64,000 nucleotides of DNA from Antedon mediterranea. Taxonomy: Eukaryota; Animalia; Echinodermata. The stretch lies in NCBI RefSeq assembly GCF_964355755.1, contig NC_092680.1:21895045-21959044 (forward strand). Reading direction: 5' to 3'. Positions 14,856 through 29,000 of the stretch are shown one piece after another. How positions within the stretch are numbered: position 1 is the first letter of the stretch; each line of letters opens with the position of its first letter. The position numbers and the translations under genes were made by a program. Below the pieces are notes generated by a model. It was not told the DNA's origin and made no database searches. It was given only the letters and a program-made list of their open reading frames with translations.

Positions 14856-15308
14856 ATGGATGGGTATAGTAGCCTGGGTCTACCATTATGGGTGGGGTTT
14901 TGTGTGAGTGGGTTTAGGAGGAATTTTTTAAATATAAATTGTTTCCCTTCATTTAAACCTTAAACTTTTTAGTATACTATTATGTTTTAACAAATTTTAC
15001 TTCCCTTTTCCTTCCTTCCTTAAATTATTTTTACCAGATGTAACTCTTTTTAACCATATTTAATAATTGCTAATTGTGTTACGCTAAATTTATTTGAATG
15101 AGTTTTCGGAAAGAATTCAAAGCCAAAAAGTGTGTAAGCTGGTATAATTGTCTGGTTTTTTGTGCCAAAATTCATTCTTGGTTGTTTCACTGTCTCTTTA
15201 TAGCTTTATATTAACAGTGCCTTTATCATATCTTTTTAAACTGAATTAATTAAGTAACATTGTCATATTTTCTTATTAAAGTGTAAAGCAATTGTGTTCT
15301 TCTGAAGG

Positions 15309-15494
15309 TGTAAGTCCAACTCTTGGTAGGCCATACTTAGATGCATGTAAGTCCAACTCTTGGTAGGCCATACTTAGATGCATGTAAGTCCAACTCTTGG
15401 TAGGCCATACTTAGATGCATGTAAGTCCAACTCTTGGTAGGCCATACTTAGATGCATGTAAGTCCAACTCTTGGTAGGCCATACTTAGATGCAT
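15309..15494. repeat. 37-bp tandem repeat, 5 copies
   Basis: Unit TGTAAGTCCAACTCTTGGTAGGCCATACTTAGATGCA. Confidence 0.95.
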
Positions 15495-15691
15495 TTTAAG
15501 TTTGATATACAATAGATCCCCTTTGGGTTGGCCATAGTTTCAGAATGAATACGTCTTCTGCAGTAGTTTCTTTCATGGGAAATTGTCCCCTTAATAGGGG
15601 TGTCCCAAATTAGGGGTGTCCCCATTAATAGGGGTGTCCCCAAAATAAAGGTGTCCTAAAGGAGGGGCGTTCTACTAATTTAAGTATTATG

Positions 15692-16494
15692 ATACTATAT
15701 TCAGTTATTTTGATGTTTTATCTCCCAATACTAAGTTCAGTTATTTTGATCTTTTGTCTCCCATACTATATTCAGTTATTTTGATGTTTTATCTCCCAAT
15801 ACTAAGTTCAGTGATTTTGATCTTTTGTCTCCCAATACTATATTCAGTTATTTTGATCTTTTGTCTCCCAATACTATATTCAGTTATTTTGATGTTTTAT
15901 CTCCCAATACTAAGTTCAGTGATTTTGATCTTTTGTCTCCCAATACTATATTCAGTTATTTTGATGTTTTATCTCCCAATACTATATTCAGTTATTTTGA
16001 TCTTTTGTCTCCCAATACTATATTCAGTTATTTTGATGTTTTATCTCCCAATACTATATTCAGTTATTTTGATCTTTTGTCTCCCAATACTGTATTCAGT
16101 TATTATGATCTTTTGTCTCCCAATACTGTATTCAGTTATTTTGATCTTTTGTCTCCCAATACTATATTCAGTTATTTTGATCTTTTGTCTCCCAATACTA
16201 TATTCAGTTATTTTGATGTTTTATCTCCCAACACTGTATTCAGTTATTTTGATCTTTTGTCTCCCAATACTGTATTCAGTTATTTTGATCTTTTGTCTCC
16301 CAATACTATATTCAGTTATTTTGATGTTTTATCTCCCAATACTATATTCAGTTATTTTGATCTTTTGTCTCCCAATACTATATTCAGTTATTTTGATGTT
16401 TTATCTCCCAATACTGTATTCAGTTATTTTGATCTTTTGTCTCCCAATACTGTATTCAGTTATTTTGATCTTTTGTCTCCCAATACTGTATTCA
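15692..16494. repeat. 36-bp minisatellite, about 22 copies
   Basis: Unit ATACTATATTCAGTTATTTTGATCTTTTGTCTCCCA with alternating variants. Confidence 0.95.
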
Positions 16495-19230
16495 AAATTA
16501 ATACCAAAACTAAACGTGTTCTATGCACTACTTTACTGTATTTAATTTTAGATTTAATGGAAATCTGACTCATCTGTGTTTCATATATTGTACTACATAA
16601 TATGCATTGCCCTTATATACTCTGGATTTAGTTTTTTTCTCATCTTCTACTACCTCTTAGAGCTGTGCAATTTTTAATACCTAGGTATTTTCAAACTACT
16701 TAATCGATAGATTATAGTAGTCTATGTTGTAAATATTATTTTGATATGCAACTGCTTGCTGTGGTTTTAACTTGATTACTGTTACCTCATTATAACCTGC
16801 TCTTCCTCTTCATATTAAATACATTTACTTTTACATTTATTTGATAGTAAATGGTATTATACATCCGCCTTTTTCAAGTTAAAAAATAAATGAAACAATA
16901 CATATAAACTAGGTTTAATGATTTTAATTGGTATAAAACAGATTCCGCACAGTATTTAATCAAATAATGTTAACAAAATTTTCTGCTGATTTCAATATGT
17001 TCAAGACGTAAAGATTATATTCTGTAAAACTCTTCAATCTGCTCCAATTGTGTAGGTTATGAATACACTAATATATGTGCTATTACAAATAATCAACAAG
17101 TTGATATATAGTATGGTACCTCAGTCATTTAGCCCTTGCATGGGCCATTTTACTATTTTATGTCATTAATAAAATAGAATCTGACTATTCTCATATTTAA
17201 CATATTTTAATTGAAACATATAATTCCCATTCAAGATAATTAGATATTTTGAAGAAAACTTCTAATTTATTTGAAATGGTATTTTTAATATTTGCAATTT
17301 AATAACACTTTATTTTGGTAAAACTAATAATTCAGCTTTTCAGTGGAATATGTAAATGGTGTTAAATTTAAGAAGCAGTGTGATAAATAAAAGTGTTTAA
17401 AAGTGTAATTGTATTTAAAACAATCAGTAATGAATATATTGAATTAATATTAATCTCTGTGTTATATCACCTAACTTTATTAAATGATAATGCTATATGT
17501 CTTTATATTAAACACTAGGATAAATATATCCAAGCATAATAATTGGTGTAATGTTGAATAAACAAACTGTCAGATTTTAAAATTATTATATATGATTAAA
17601 AACTAAACCAATGCTGTACATCATAGAATGTCATTAAACATTATACGGTATTTCTGAGTATTTACAATATTATTCGTTGCAATTGAACATAGTGGTACAA
17701 CCAAATATGTAACCCTCCCTCCTCCGCCGCCGGCACCTCCATTATCATTATAAAACTGGTTATTAATGAGATTAAGATAATGATGTTAAGACAAGTTAAT
17801 GATATTACTGTGAAATGAAGATGGTATCATGTGGCTTATCATAATCATTACATTTTGATTGATTTCCACATTCATGTTATCAAATGTTTATATCAAATGT
17901 TACCACCAATTCTTTAGCTTTTTACAATGTTTACAATTACTCTTTGGCTGTTATACTGTCTCTTACAACTGTGGATTTAATGTTTAATTAAATTTTTTTA
18001 AATTTCTTATTTGCATGTGTATTTACATTTCTATTGTTTTACAATAATATGTATTGTTATGTTATCATTTATATTTACTAGATACATAGACCTATTGTTA
18101 TGTTATCATTTGTATTTACTAGAGACATAGACCTATTGTTAATATAGTGTGTGTTTTATTATTGGTATTATTATATATTCTGTTTAATTACATGACCTCG
18201 GCATTGACCTCCGCATATTACAGTGTTTGTTTTGGGTACCCGCTGTAATACAAATTGTCATATTAATTTTGATATTCACTCTTTTCAAAATATTGAAATT
18301 AAGTTGTGTCAAATGATGTATCATGCTTACTACTGGTGGTAACCAGTTAAATTAAAGTATTTTATTTGACGTTTATTTCTTTTCTCTTAAAATTTAATCT
18401 AGCATGCTTTGGATTTACAGACTTTTATTTCTGTATCACAGAACCGTAGCTGGTATCACAAATCTGCAGTTGAATTTAAAAAATTGTATTAAGCCACTTC
18501 TCATCAAATGTAGTATTAAGCCAGTTCTCATCAAATGTAGTATTAAGAACACTGTTTCCGGGTGACACACCTTGTGTTCTGCTGGTATACCCTTAATTAA
18601 TACTACCGTTTCAGATAGAATAACTTTAATGTTTTTATAGTTTGTTTTTTAATTTTGTTTTTATATTGTATCAGTATTAACAGCTCTATAGTAGTATCTG
18701 TGTATTTAGACTATATCATATATTATATATATTTATGAATTTTAAGAATAGCAGGAAGTATAGTGGTATATCCTTATGTACAGATATATAATAGTATTGT
18801 AAATTGAATTATTTTTCTTTAGGTTATATATTAATAATGTACATAATGTACATGAAACATAATATTCAATAATTATAGGCATTTCATATTTATAAGTAGT
18901 ATAAAATACCAGACTGATTGTAATATATCCATTTTTATACATTTTGCCAATATTATAAAACAAACTGTAAATCTAGTATTTAATATTTTTTGCATAATTA
19001 ATTAGCATGAGGTAGTTAGCATGAGATAACAAGATTGAAGTAAAGTATTCATATTTACAGATTGTTAGATTTTTTACAATCATTAAAAAAGACCCAGTGT
19101 TTAATTTCACACAAATTACACTGTATTGATGCTGATTAGTGGGGATAATTCTTTATTAACACTATAGTTGTTTTTACTTGCTTCCAGAAGACAGTAAGCC
19201 AAATACTGATAGATAAAAATGCTAATACCT

Positions 19231-19503
19231 TGTGTGTGAACAGGGAACATTGACATCATTCTGTGTTCAATTGTGTGTGAACAGGGAACATTGACATCAT
19301 TCTGTGTTCTTGTGTGTGAACAGGGAGCATTGACATCATTCTGTGTTCTTTTGTGTGAACAGAGAACATTGTCATCATTTTGTGTTCTTGTGTGTGAACA
19401 GGGAACATTATCATCATTCTGTGTTCTTGTGTGTGAACAGGGAACATTGACATCATTCTTTGTTCTTGTGTGTGAACAGGGAACATTGGCATCATTCTGT
19501 GTT
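19231..19503. repeat. 39-bp minisatellite, about 7 copies
   Basis: Unit TGTGTGTGAACAGGGAACATTGACATCATTCTGTGTTCT. Confidence 0.9.
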
Positions 19504-20491
19504 TCTTGTATGTTTAACTAGTTTACATAAATGTGGTAATCGTTTAATGCATGTACAAATGCTTGGATTTAAATTCAGACGTTACTACGTTTAAAGCTCA
19601 CCTATATGTAAATTGATAAATCAACTCCCTGCAAGTTTCAATAAATTTGGAAAATATTGTGTAATAATATAGGCACTATCCCTTTGCTGCCAATTACAAG
19701 ATGATATATGTACATATGCTATTAACTGGTGTTAGAACATGTTCTTAACTTTTGTACCATGCATGGAGGAATTCCTCTATGATTTTACTGGGGGTCTCAG
19801 CACATGTGTAAATTAATTCATAAGTAGATACTCAAGTCTACCTATTGCCAATTTATTATACATTTTGGTTCCAAGCTATCCCATTACTATTTGTATGCAA
19901 ACTTCTTCCTGTGGATAAATGACCATAATTATTGTCACTCTCTGTACAATTTTAGCTATTCTATGAACTTGTCACTGCTGCTTGGCTGTAGCACTCTCTC
20001 TACCATTTTAGCTATTCTATGAACTTGTCACTGCCGCTTGGCTGTAGCATCCCTGTCAATATCCAAGAACTATCTTCCAGTGAAAAGTAATGACAGTGTT
20101 GCGTTAATCTTGTTATCTCCATATATATATTTTTTTGCTGCATATGCAATAATGCCAAGGAATAATAAACACTTCTCCAAAATATACAAGTTGTTTCTGA
20201 GTTTTTGTTTGAAAATTATAAACCAAATCCAAATTGCCCAATTAAGTAGGTAATCAGTTATCAGCAATTTTCTGGATCGTCTTTCTAAACATTTGCTGTG
20301 ATTCGCTCCGCATTGCAGCAGTTTGTGAGATAATCTCAGATGCGCGCATATATATACTAAGTCGATGAAAGGGCCTGAGAACAGTAACACATTCAATTCA
20401 ATTCAACGTAAACATTTATTTTCTTTCTTTCAATCAATAAAAAATGAATAGGTATAAAAAAAGAAAGTACGAGTTTCAAATAATACAATTC

Positions 20492-20605
<114 letters not shown>

Positions 20606-20678
20606 CAAAGAGCTGCATAGGCAGGATATAGAAAAAAATCAAGATCAAATAAGTTAAAACTGCCTCAATATAGATTTA

Positions 20679-20721
20679 TTTTAACGACATGTTTCGGGCA
20701 TAGCCCATCATCAGGTGAAAA
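20679..20721 (-). ncRNA. Minimal type I hammerhead ribozyme of the PLE
   Basis: Minus strand TTTTCAC-CTGATGA-T-GGGC-TAT-GCCC-GAAA-CATG-TC-GTTAAAA: conserved core, 4-bp stem II, palindromic stem III (ACATGT), stem I with one mismatch. Confidence 0.8.
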
Positions 20722-20941
20722 GAATTGTAACAAAGGATAACATATATAAGTCACAAAATTACATAATAAAACAAATCAGCCAATCAAAGATGTTAACAAA
20801 CAAAAGGCATAGTTATAAAGGCACGCCTCCAAAAGCTATGGTGTACAAAGCAGGAATGGTTGCTTATAAAGCAGGAAATTTAAAACAAAGACAAAAGCTC
20901 AAGTGTAAATAATTGTTAATATGTGAATGTCTCTGGCAAAA

Positions 20942-23680
20942 TTAATGTTTAAAGGATCTAAATTGTACAGTTATGCCGGTAGGGGCAAGAGTGCCAAGCT
21001 TTACAATTATTCTTTCTTCTATAATTCTACGAGATGTCTCAGAACCATTACATACTTTAACACCAGAAATAGTAATATCTGAAAGGGAATGCTCATTATT
21101 ACAAAAATGGGTGGCTACAGGTAATCCGGGAGTCTTTAGTTTAATAGACCTTAAATGTTCTACAAACCTATCACCTAACCTGCGTTTAGTTTCACCAATA
21201 TAAAGCATATTACATTTACGGGTACATTTAGTACACGAAATACAATAAACTAGATTTCTAGTGGTGCACGTAATACGATCTGTGATAACATAATTACCAG
21301 AAGGTCCTACTATTTGGTTTGAACATGAAACGTAATTACATGTCGAACATCTATTTCTATTACATTTGAATGTTCCAGTTGATTCATTACCTTTGTTTTG
21401 TAATTTAGATTTAACTAAAGTGTCTTTAATGCTTTGATCACGTCTGTAAGCTATCATGGGTGGTTCTTGAAAAATATCTTTTGTAGCGGATTTATTTATC
21501 TTCAGTCAAAATTGAAAAGTTATCGCGGACAATGTTAATAACCTTCTTATTCATAGGATGATACGTGAGGACTAGAGGTATGCGGTCACAAGCATTTGTA
21601 TTATGTGTAGGTTGTAATGTGTCCTCGTGCGTTAACTGGCAAACTTTTCTTAGAGATTTCACAGTAATGTCAGATGGATATTCGCGTGCATTGAAAAAAT
21701 CGATCATCTCAGATGCTTTGATGTTAAAGTCATCATCATCGCTACATAAACGTCGAAGTCTAACAAGTTGCGAATACGGTATAGCATTCTTACAAGCTGG
21801 AGGATGCGAAGAGTTGTAATTTAGATAAGTGTGCGCGTCAGTATCTTTGTAGTGGACGGATGTAGAAAGACCAGGTTTATCAATAGATAAACTAATATCA
21901 AGGAAAGGCACACACTTGTCAGAAATTTCATGAGTAAACTTTATAGCAGGATGAAAATTGTTCACAAAGTTAATGAACTCATTAAGTTCATCTAAAGTTC
22001 CCGACATAACACCAACACAATCATCAATATACCGTTTGAATAAATCTGGTTTCTTTCCCTTATAATCTCGTAACACATTCTGTTCAAAATACCCCATAAA
22101 GAGGCAAGCAAAGTTAGGTCCCATTTTTGTACCCATGCTTATCCCAGAAACTTGCCGAAAAAACTTCCCATTGAAGTTGAAGGCTGTAGTATTAAGTACA
22201 AGTTCAGCGAGACGTAGTATTGTCGATGCGGGATATTTAATTGAATTATCTAGTTCAATAAAATGTCTCATTGCGCTAAGTCCATCTTGAATAGGAATTG
22301 ATGTGTATAAGGCCGTAACATCCATTGTAAAAAGATAAGCACTCGCAGATGAAAATGTATAATCTTTAAACAAAACTACAGCTTCTTTGCTATCCTTGAT
22401 GTAGGTTGGCAGATTTTGTACAATTGGCTTCAAGATTCCATCCAAGAACTCGCTAATAACAACTGTAGGCGCGTTACAAGCGGAAACAATAGGTCTACCA
22501 GGACTGTTAGTCTTGTGTATTTTAGGTAACATGTAAAAGCTAGGACAAGTGGCGTCAGAATTAATCAATATATGGGCTGTAGAAGGAGCTCTTTCTTCTT
22601 AATCATACTATTTACAGTCTTCTTAACAATACCAATATCAGAATCAGTAGGGTCGGCATCAAGTGGCTGATATACGTCAAGATTAGAAAGTTGTCTTTCT
22701 CCCTCTGTAATATATAGGTCCCTTCTCCAAACCACAGTAGCACCACCTTTATCTGCTCGTTTAATAACGTAGTCATGATTACCTTTAAGTGATCTAATGG
22801 CAGCTTGCTCTCCTTTTGACAAATTACAAATATTCTTTGGTTGTTTTAACTTAAGCTTGTTAATCTCTCGTTTGCAAGTATTGACATACAGATCAAGTTC
22901 AGCGAACATACCTTGTGGCAGTGTCCAGCTAGATGGCTTCTTATTCAGCAACTGTAATTCATCTTTTGTTGTTACATTTGTCTGATTCTTGCCGTGAAAG
23001 TTTGCTTTGAGTCGTAAACGTCTGTAATATTGATCCATGTCTTGTTTAAGCTGGAAATCATCAATCTCTTTCCTAATAGGAATAAAAGATAGACCCTTAG
23101 AAAGAACAGAGCGTTCTTCATCTTTAAGAGGCAAATCGTCAGGTATAGTCACAACTAGTTTAGACGTATCAGGGTGTGCTCTCGTTGGTCCTACCTCACC
23201 AATGGAATACTCTCTACAAACACGATTAGCTTTAAGTAATTTAGCTTCTGTCAATGACTTGTAATACCATTTGTTTAATCCATGGACGATACTTCGTATT
23301 TTGTCAAATTCGTAGTTGGTACAAGCTGCTCGTAGGTTGGTCTTATGATGTACCATTTGTTCATCATGATACGCAACTTTCTTTAAGTTCATCTGAATGC
23401 TCATACGCATAAACCGTCTGGAAACAGCATTGATACTATCAGATATGAACTTCTTATCAAAATAAGCAAAGGACGGTGACCAGGTAGATCTAAATGACTT
23501 GGGTATGACGTTCCATCTTAGACAAGTGGACAGAAAATAAACATTACTAGAACATCTTGCCTTACTGAACGTTGAGGTTCCAAAGCAAAAACCAAATGTC
23601 TTCACACATGGAGAATACAGGCTTAAGTCGTTGTTGAGAATCCGACGCGCTTGTTGTAAAACTTGCTTGGAATTGGCCAT
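20942..23680 (-). pseudogene. PLE polyprotein (RT-GIY-YIG) broken by two frameshifts
   Basis: Three ORF pieces: 23680-22565, 22568-21492, 21457-20942. Likely 1-nt loss near 22587 and a 4-nt TAAA duplication near 21492. Confidence 0.85.
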
Positions 23681-23859
23681 ACTTGTTATAAAACAAACAG
23701 GTATAGCTATATATATATATATATAGCCTATATAGACTAATTTTCACTTCACTCAATCAATAACAATAAAACAGATGGTATTAAAAAAATTAAAGAAAGT
23801 GCGAATTTCAAATAATACATTTCATAAATATATATATATATATATAGCCTATATAGACT

Positions 23860-24240
23860 AATTTTCACTTCCTTTTTCCTTTTTTTCAAATAAACCATAT
23901 AAACAGCAACATGTAGAAAGAAAGATGGCAAAGCCTGTGATGTGGAAGCCCACACAAAGAAGTAATAAATAAGTTAGACACTACACAAACAGTGACACAC
24001 AGGTACAGAAACAAACTTACAGGACACGAATCACAACACAAACAGACATCTCATACAGAACATGCACAAGCACACACATACACGAACACACATCACCAGG
24101 GGGAAACATTAATATTTAGAAATGAGGAAAGATTTGAATGTTTTATTAAATAAAAATTTAGTAGCCAAATGTTTAATTTGTAAAGGAATTTTATTCCAAT
24201 TTATGGGACCAGTATATCTGATTAAATGACATAAGATTGT
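23860..24240 (-). mobile_element. 3' relic of a CR1-group LINE
   Basis: Minus strand translates IRYTGPINWNKIPLQIK...FNKTFKSFLISKY*, a typical ORF2 end. A putative AATAAA-(GAATT)n tail lies at about 20391-20420, beyond the PLE. Confidence 0.5.
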
Positions 24241-26005
24241 GAATCATATGAATTGCAGTGATAATTATGTTTGTAGATGGAACTATTAATATAATAAAGT
24301 TCCTGTACAAGTTAATTATTTGCAACACCTTTAGACATTATGATTTGTACATTTTACTTTTATTATACAAAGTTCTCTATTCTTTTTTTTTTCATATCTG
24401 GACCTGGCAAACGTATATTTATTTTAAAAGTATACAGTCAACAGTGATTACTCACTGTTAGTTTTTTTTTTAAAGATATTTAATTCTCAAAATTAATTTC
24501 ATTATGCCAAGTGAAGCATCAGGCTGCATGCTGCATGATGAGAGTACATCATATCATCGTATGGTGGCGTGCTTTTGTTTTGATGATATGATGAAAAGTC
24601 CAAAAAAGATAATGTCGTCGTTTTTTTATTTTTACACAGTTGGAATTTCCGTAAGATTGCATTATCGATTTTTGTATTGTTTTGTGGTGTGTGTCAATCA
24701 AATTATGATGATGACATGAAAATGTATAGATAGATCTAGGTATTTTAGATACTACCTAGGACCTGCTTGATTAATCAATTTGCTAGAGTCTAGGCTGGGC
24801 TTGTTGTACAAGAGAGCAGTAGCAGCAAAAGAAAGGACGTTCCATTGTTCTTCTTTTGTGCCCACACAGTATTCTGCGGATAACGCAACAAAACATAGGG
24901 CCTAGAGTAGTAGGGATGGTATTCGTAGGGATAGTCCCATGTAATAGACAGTGTCAGAAGTTCAACTGACAATAATTTTTTTTTACTAATGTAGGCGCGG
25001 CCTAATAAATAATAGAACAATAAATACTGTTACAGTACTGTTTTCATTTTCTGATATTGATAAATCAATAAATGTTTTCATACTCTAGAAAAGAAAGAGT
25101 CTCAATCAGTCAATGACAATGACAATGTTAAATAGGCCTAGTTAGGCCTAGTTGTAATTTTGCTGGTCTAAAAATAGGAATTGTTTCTTGTTCTCAAAAA
25201 AATTTATTTAGGCAGACATTTCAGATAGAGAGACAGATATTTCAGGTTTGTTCATTTTACTTCTTAAAAAATGCTTTTTATGCATCTGTCATCTTTTTGT
25301 TCGTTTATATTGTCTATTATTGATAGTATGATTGATTGTATTATGACAGTAATTAAACTTTTATACAAATATTATATTACATGTAAATATATTCTTTCTA
25401 CCTAGTTTAGAATTTTTTTTCTTATTAAATATTTTTAGATAAAATATGTTTTATTTGTAAGTGTATCCTAATAGTACACTTTTTTTATTTGTGCGAAATG
25501 AAGAATAAATGAAATGAAATTTATTTGCAATGGATAAATATTTATTTTTTTAAATCAATACCGTTTTGATAATAAATAAGACACCAGGATAAAGAATTGT
25601 TTTTATTATTTCAAATTTTGCAATTAAGAAATTCTGATTTTATTTTTAGATAAATTGTGAACTTTAGATTAGGTAATTTAATTTATTATTGTATGAAAAA
25701 TTATTTACAGAAATTTTACTTTTGGAGACAATTTTGAAAATATTGGAATTTCCACTTTAAGGTTGAATTACTATCTACAGTAAGTATTTGAGCATATTTA
25801 TAACAATGATGTAACTAACAACGTATTCTGGAATCATTATCAACGAACAATACCATACTACAGTACTTTACTACTACAAATGTGTAAATCTTTCAATTTA
25901 TAGGAAACTTATAATGATAATGTATAGTATATTATACATACACAAGTCAAGTGAACTTTGACATCTTGTGAAAATTATGTGTTGTTGAACAATCAAAGGA
26001 CCAAG

Positions 26006-29000
26006 ATGTTGCATATATTCGTTGTGAATACTGGTACGATGGTTACCATGGACATGAGCCACACAATGCGCAGGTAAGTATCTTTTAAACTATTCAGCGA
26101 ACTTATTTATTTCTTTAAACAGATTCTGCACTCACTCCATACAATAGAAACAGATTCTGCACTTATTCCATACAATAGAAACAGATTCTGTACTCACTCC
26201 ATACAATACAAACAGATTCTGCACTCACTCCATACAATACAAACAGATTCTGCACTCACTCCATACAATAGAAACAGATTCTACACTCATTCCATACAAT
26301 ACAAACAGATTCTGCACTCACTCCATACAATAGAAACAGATTCTGCACTCACTCCATATAATACAAACAGATTCTGCACTCACTCCATACAATACAAACA
26401 GATTCTGCACTCACTCCATACAATAGAAACAGATTCTACACTCACTCCATACAATACAAACAAATTCTGCACTCACTCCATACAATAGAAACAGATTCTA
26501 CACTCATTCCATACAATAGAAACATATTCTGCACTCACTCCATACAATAAAAACAGATTCTGCACTCACTCCATACAATAGAAACAGATTCTGCACTCAC
26601 TCCATACAATAGAAAAAGATTCTGCACTCATTCCATACAATACAAATAGATTCTGCACTCCATACAATAGAAACAGATTCTGCACTCACTCCATACAATA
26701 GAAACAGATTCTGCACTCACTCCATACAATAGAAACAGATTCTGGACTCACTCTATACAATAGAAACAGATTCTGCACTCACTCCATACAATAGAAACAG
26801 ATTCTGCACTCACTCCATACAATAGAAACAGATTCTGCACTCACTCCATACAATAGAAACAGATTCTGCACTCACTCCATACAATAGAAACATATTCTGC
26901 ACTCACTCCATACAATAGAAACAGATTCTGCACTCACTCTATACAATAGAAACAGATTCTACACTCACTCCATACAATAGAAACAGATTCTGCACTCACT
27001 CCATACAATAGAAACAGATTCTGCACTCACTCCATACAATAGAAACAGATTCTGCACTCACTCTATACAATAGAAACAGATTCTGCACTCACTCCATACA
27101 ATAGAAACAGATTCTGCACTCACTCCATACAATAGAAACAGATTCTGCACTCACTCCATACAATAGAAACAGATTCTGCACTCACTCCATACAATAGAAA
27201 CAGATTCTGCACTCACTCCATACAATAGAAACAGATTCTGCACTCACTCTATACAATAGAAACAGTTAAAATAAAACAAGGAAACAATTGTTTACAATTC
27301 TCAATCAATGATCAAACAAATTCAGTAGTAGTGTGCATCTTTTAATAACATCATTTTCATAGACAATTTCTTGCTTTTATTGATATCTATCATGGTGGTA
27401 GTTCTTTGTTGTGAGATTTATATTAAAATGATTAAAGTGAGTAGAGGCAAAAACTAAATCTTGTTGTTCGTTGGTTTTCTTTCTCTTAGTGTGCTCGATC
27501 TACAACATGCTATTCATAAAGAGTATGGCATTGCAGTTGATAAACAAGTTCTTCTTGTGAGTGGAGGTCAGAGTTTAGATGTACAGCAGAGAGTTTGTAC
27601 GTTCAATGCTGGCACTGTAAGTTCACTTCAAAGTCATTGAAATGATTATAACTTTATGCAACTTCTGACGAAAACAGGTTTTACCTGTACCCATGCAAAC
27701 TTGTACCCAAATGTTTGCTTACTCGTACACATCAAGGGCGGGCTGATAGTGATACCCAAGTTCAATAATGCTGAACAATAACTAAATAAACTACTTTGTT
27801 AAAAAGTATATAATATGTACAGACTCTTATGAAAAAAAAAACAAAGCTATCTAGCTTTATACTGTGGTTTTGTACAGAATGTTCACGTATGACAAGTTCA
27901 ATTAATTTGTGCTTTATTTACAATACATCTGTCCTATTACAATAGCATAACATATTGTACGGTCTGTACCTGCCAGACACTGATCCATCTTAGTACACTA
28001 TCACACTTTTTCCTCTCCTTCAAGAATTTATGGCAGCAATTCCACAATAATATTAATACAATAATGAGAACAAAAATTATATTATTACGTATAGCTACTA
28101 AATAGTTAACATGATGCGTTAGTCAGAGTATTACTCTCAGTGTTAAATCTCAGGGTTAACATCATATATTGGTGCGTTGAGTTTACAGAACCTGATAACC
28201 TTATATACAATATACAGTACTGTACAGTACAATTTATTATTGTGCAATTTATTTATCCCATTGGAGTTCTTTGTACTGATTGGGCATTTTGGATAATGTT
28301 TCCATATAACCATCTTCATCAAGTGTTATTTTATCTTGATGTTTTTGATTTGAAATAGTATAATAGCATGGTTCCATTGATGTTTCTCCTACATTTGGTT
28401 TTATATACCCATCGTCATCAAGTGTTATTTTATCTTGATGTTTTTGATTTGGGATAGTATAATAGCATGGTTCCATTGCTATTTCTTCTACATTTGGTTT
28501 CATATAACCATCTTCAACCTCATTTGGCATTTGGCTAGTAGTACTCTGGCCTACTATATTGGTTACACAGTAAGACCCAGTTGGTCTGTCTGTTGCATTG
28601 GGCCATTTCTTTCTTATTTTGTTTAGAAGAGTGTAGCTTGAAAATACCAATATGACTAATAGGCTTATACCTAGAATGACAGACAATGCCATGACAGCAA
28701 TATCTGCTGATGTTGTTTCATGTCTTGAAGCCACGTCAGTTTCTGATGTTTCATGCCTTGCTGTACCTCGTATATCTTCAGAGGTATTTAGTGTGTTTGA
28801 AGCCATGTCAGTTGCTGATGTATTATGTCTTGTTGTAACTCGTATCTCTTCAATTATGAATGAAGCCATGTCAATTTCATCCTTTGTTGTAAATTTCTCA
28901 TTAGCTGTAGGTGACACAGACTGACCTGTAAACTTATTTGTTAATGACACTGCTGCTTGTTCAGTTGTCATTGGAATCCGATTGCCAACGACACATTCGT

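Noticed and set aside
15754-16568. 263-aa and 247-aa ORFs
   Set aside because: By-products of a stop-free 36-bp minisatellite; no splice or domain support.
19256-19521. Repetitive ORFs on both strands
   Set aside because: 39-bp minisatellite translation.
26117-27264. Regular 31-51 bp arrays as CRISPR
   Set aside because: Head-to-tail repeats without unique spacers, no cas genes, eukaryotic introns.
28249-28520. Canonical ITAM or ITIM in the Ig receptor tail
   Set aside because: Spacing and -2 residues do not fit the strict consensus; reported only as SH2-type tyrosine motifs.
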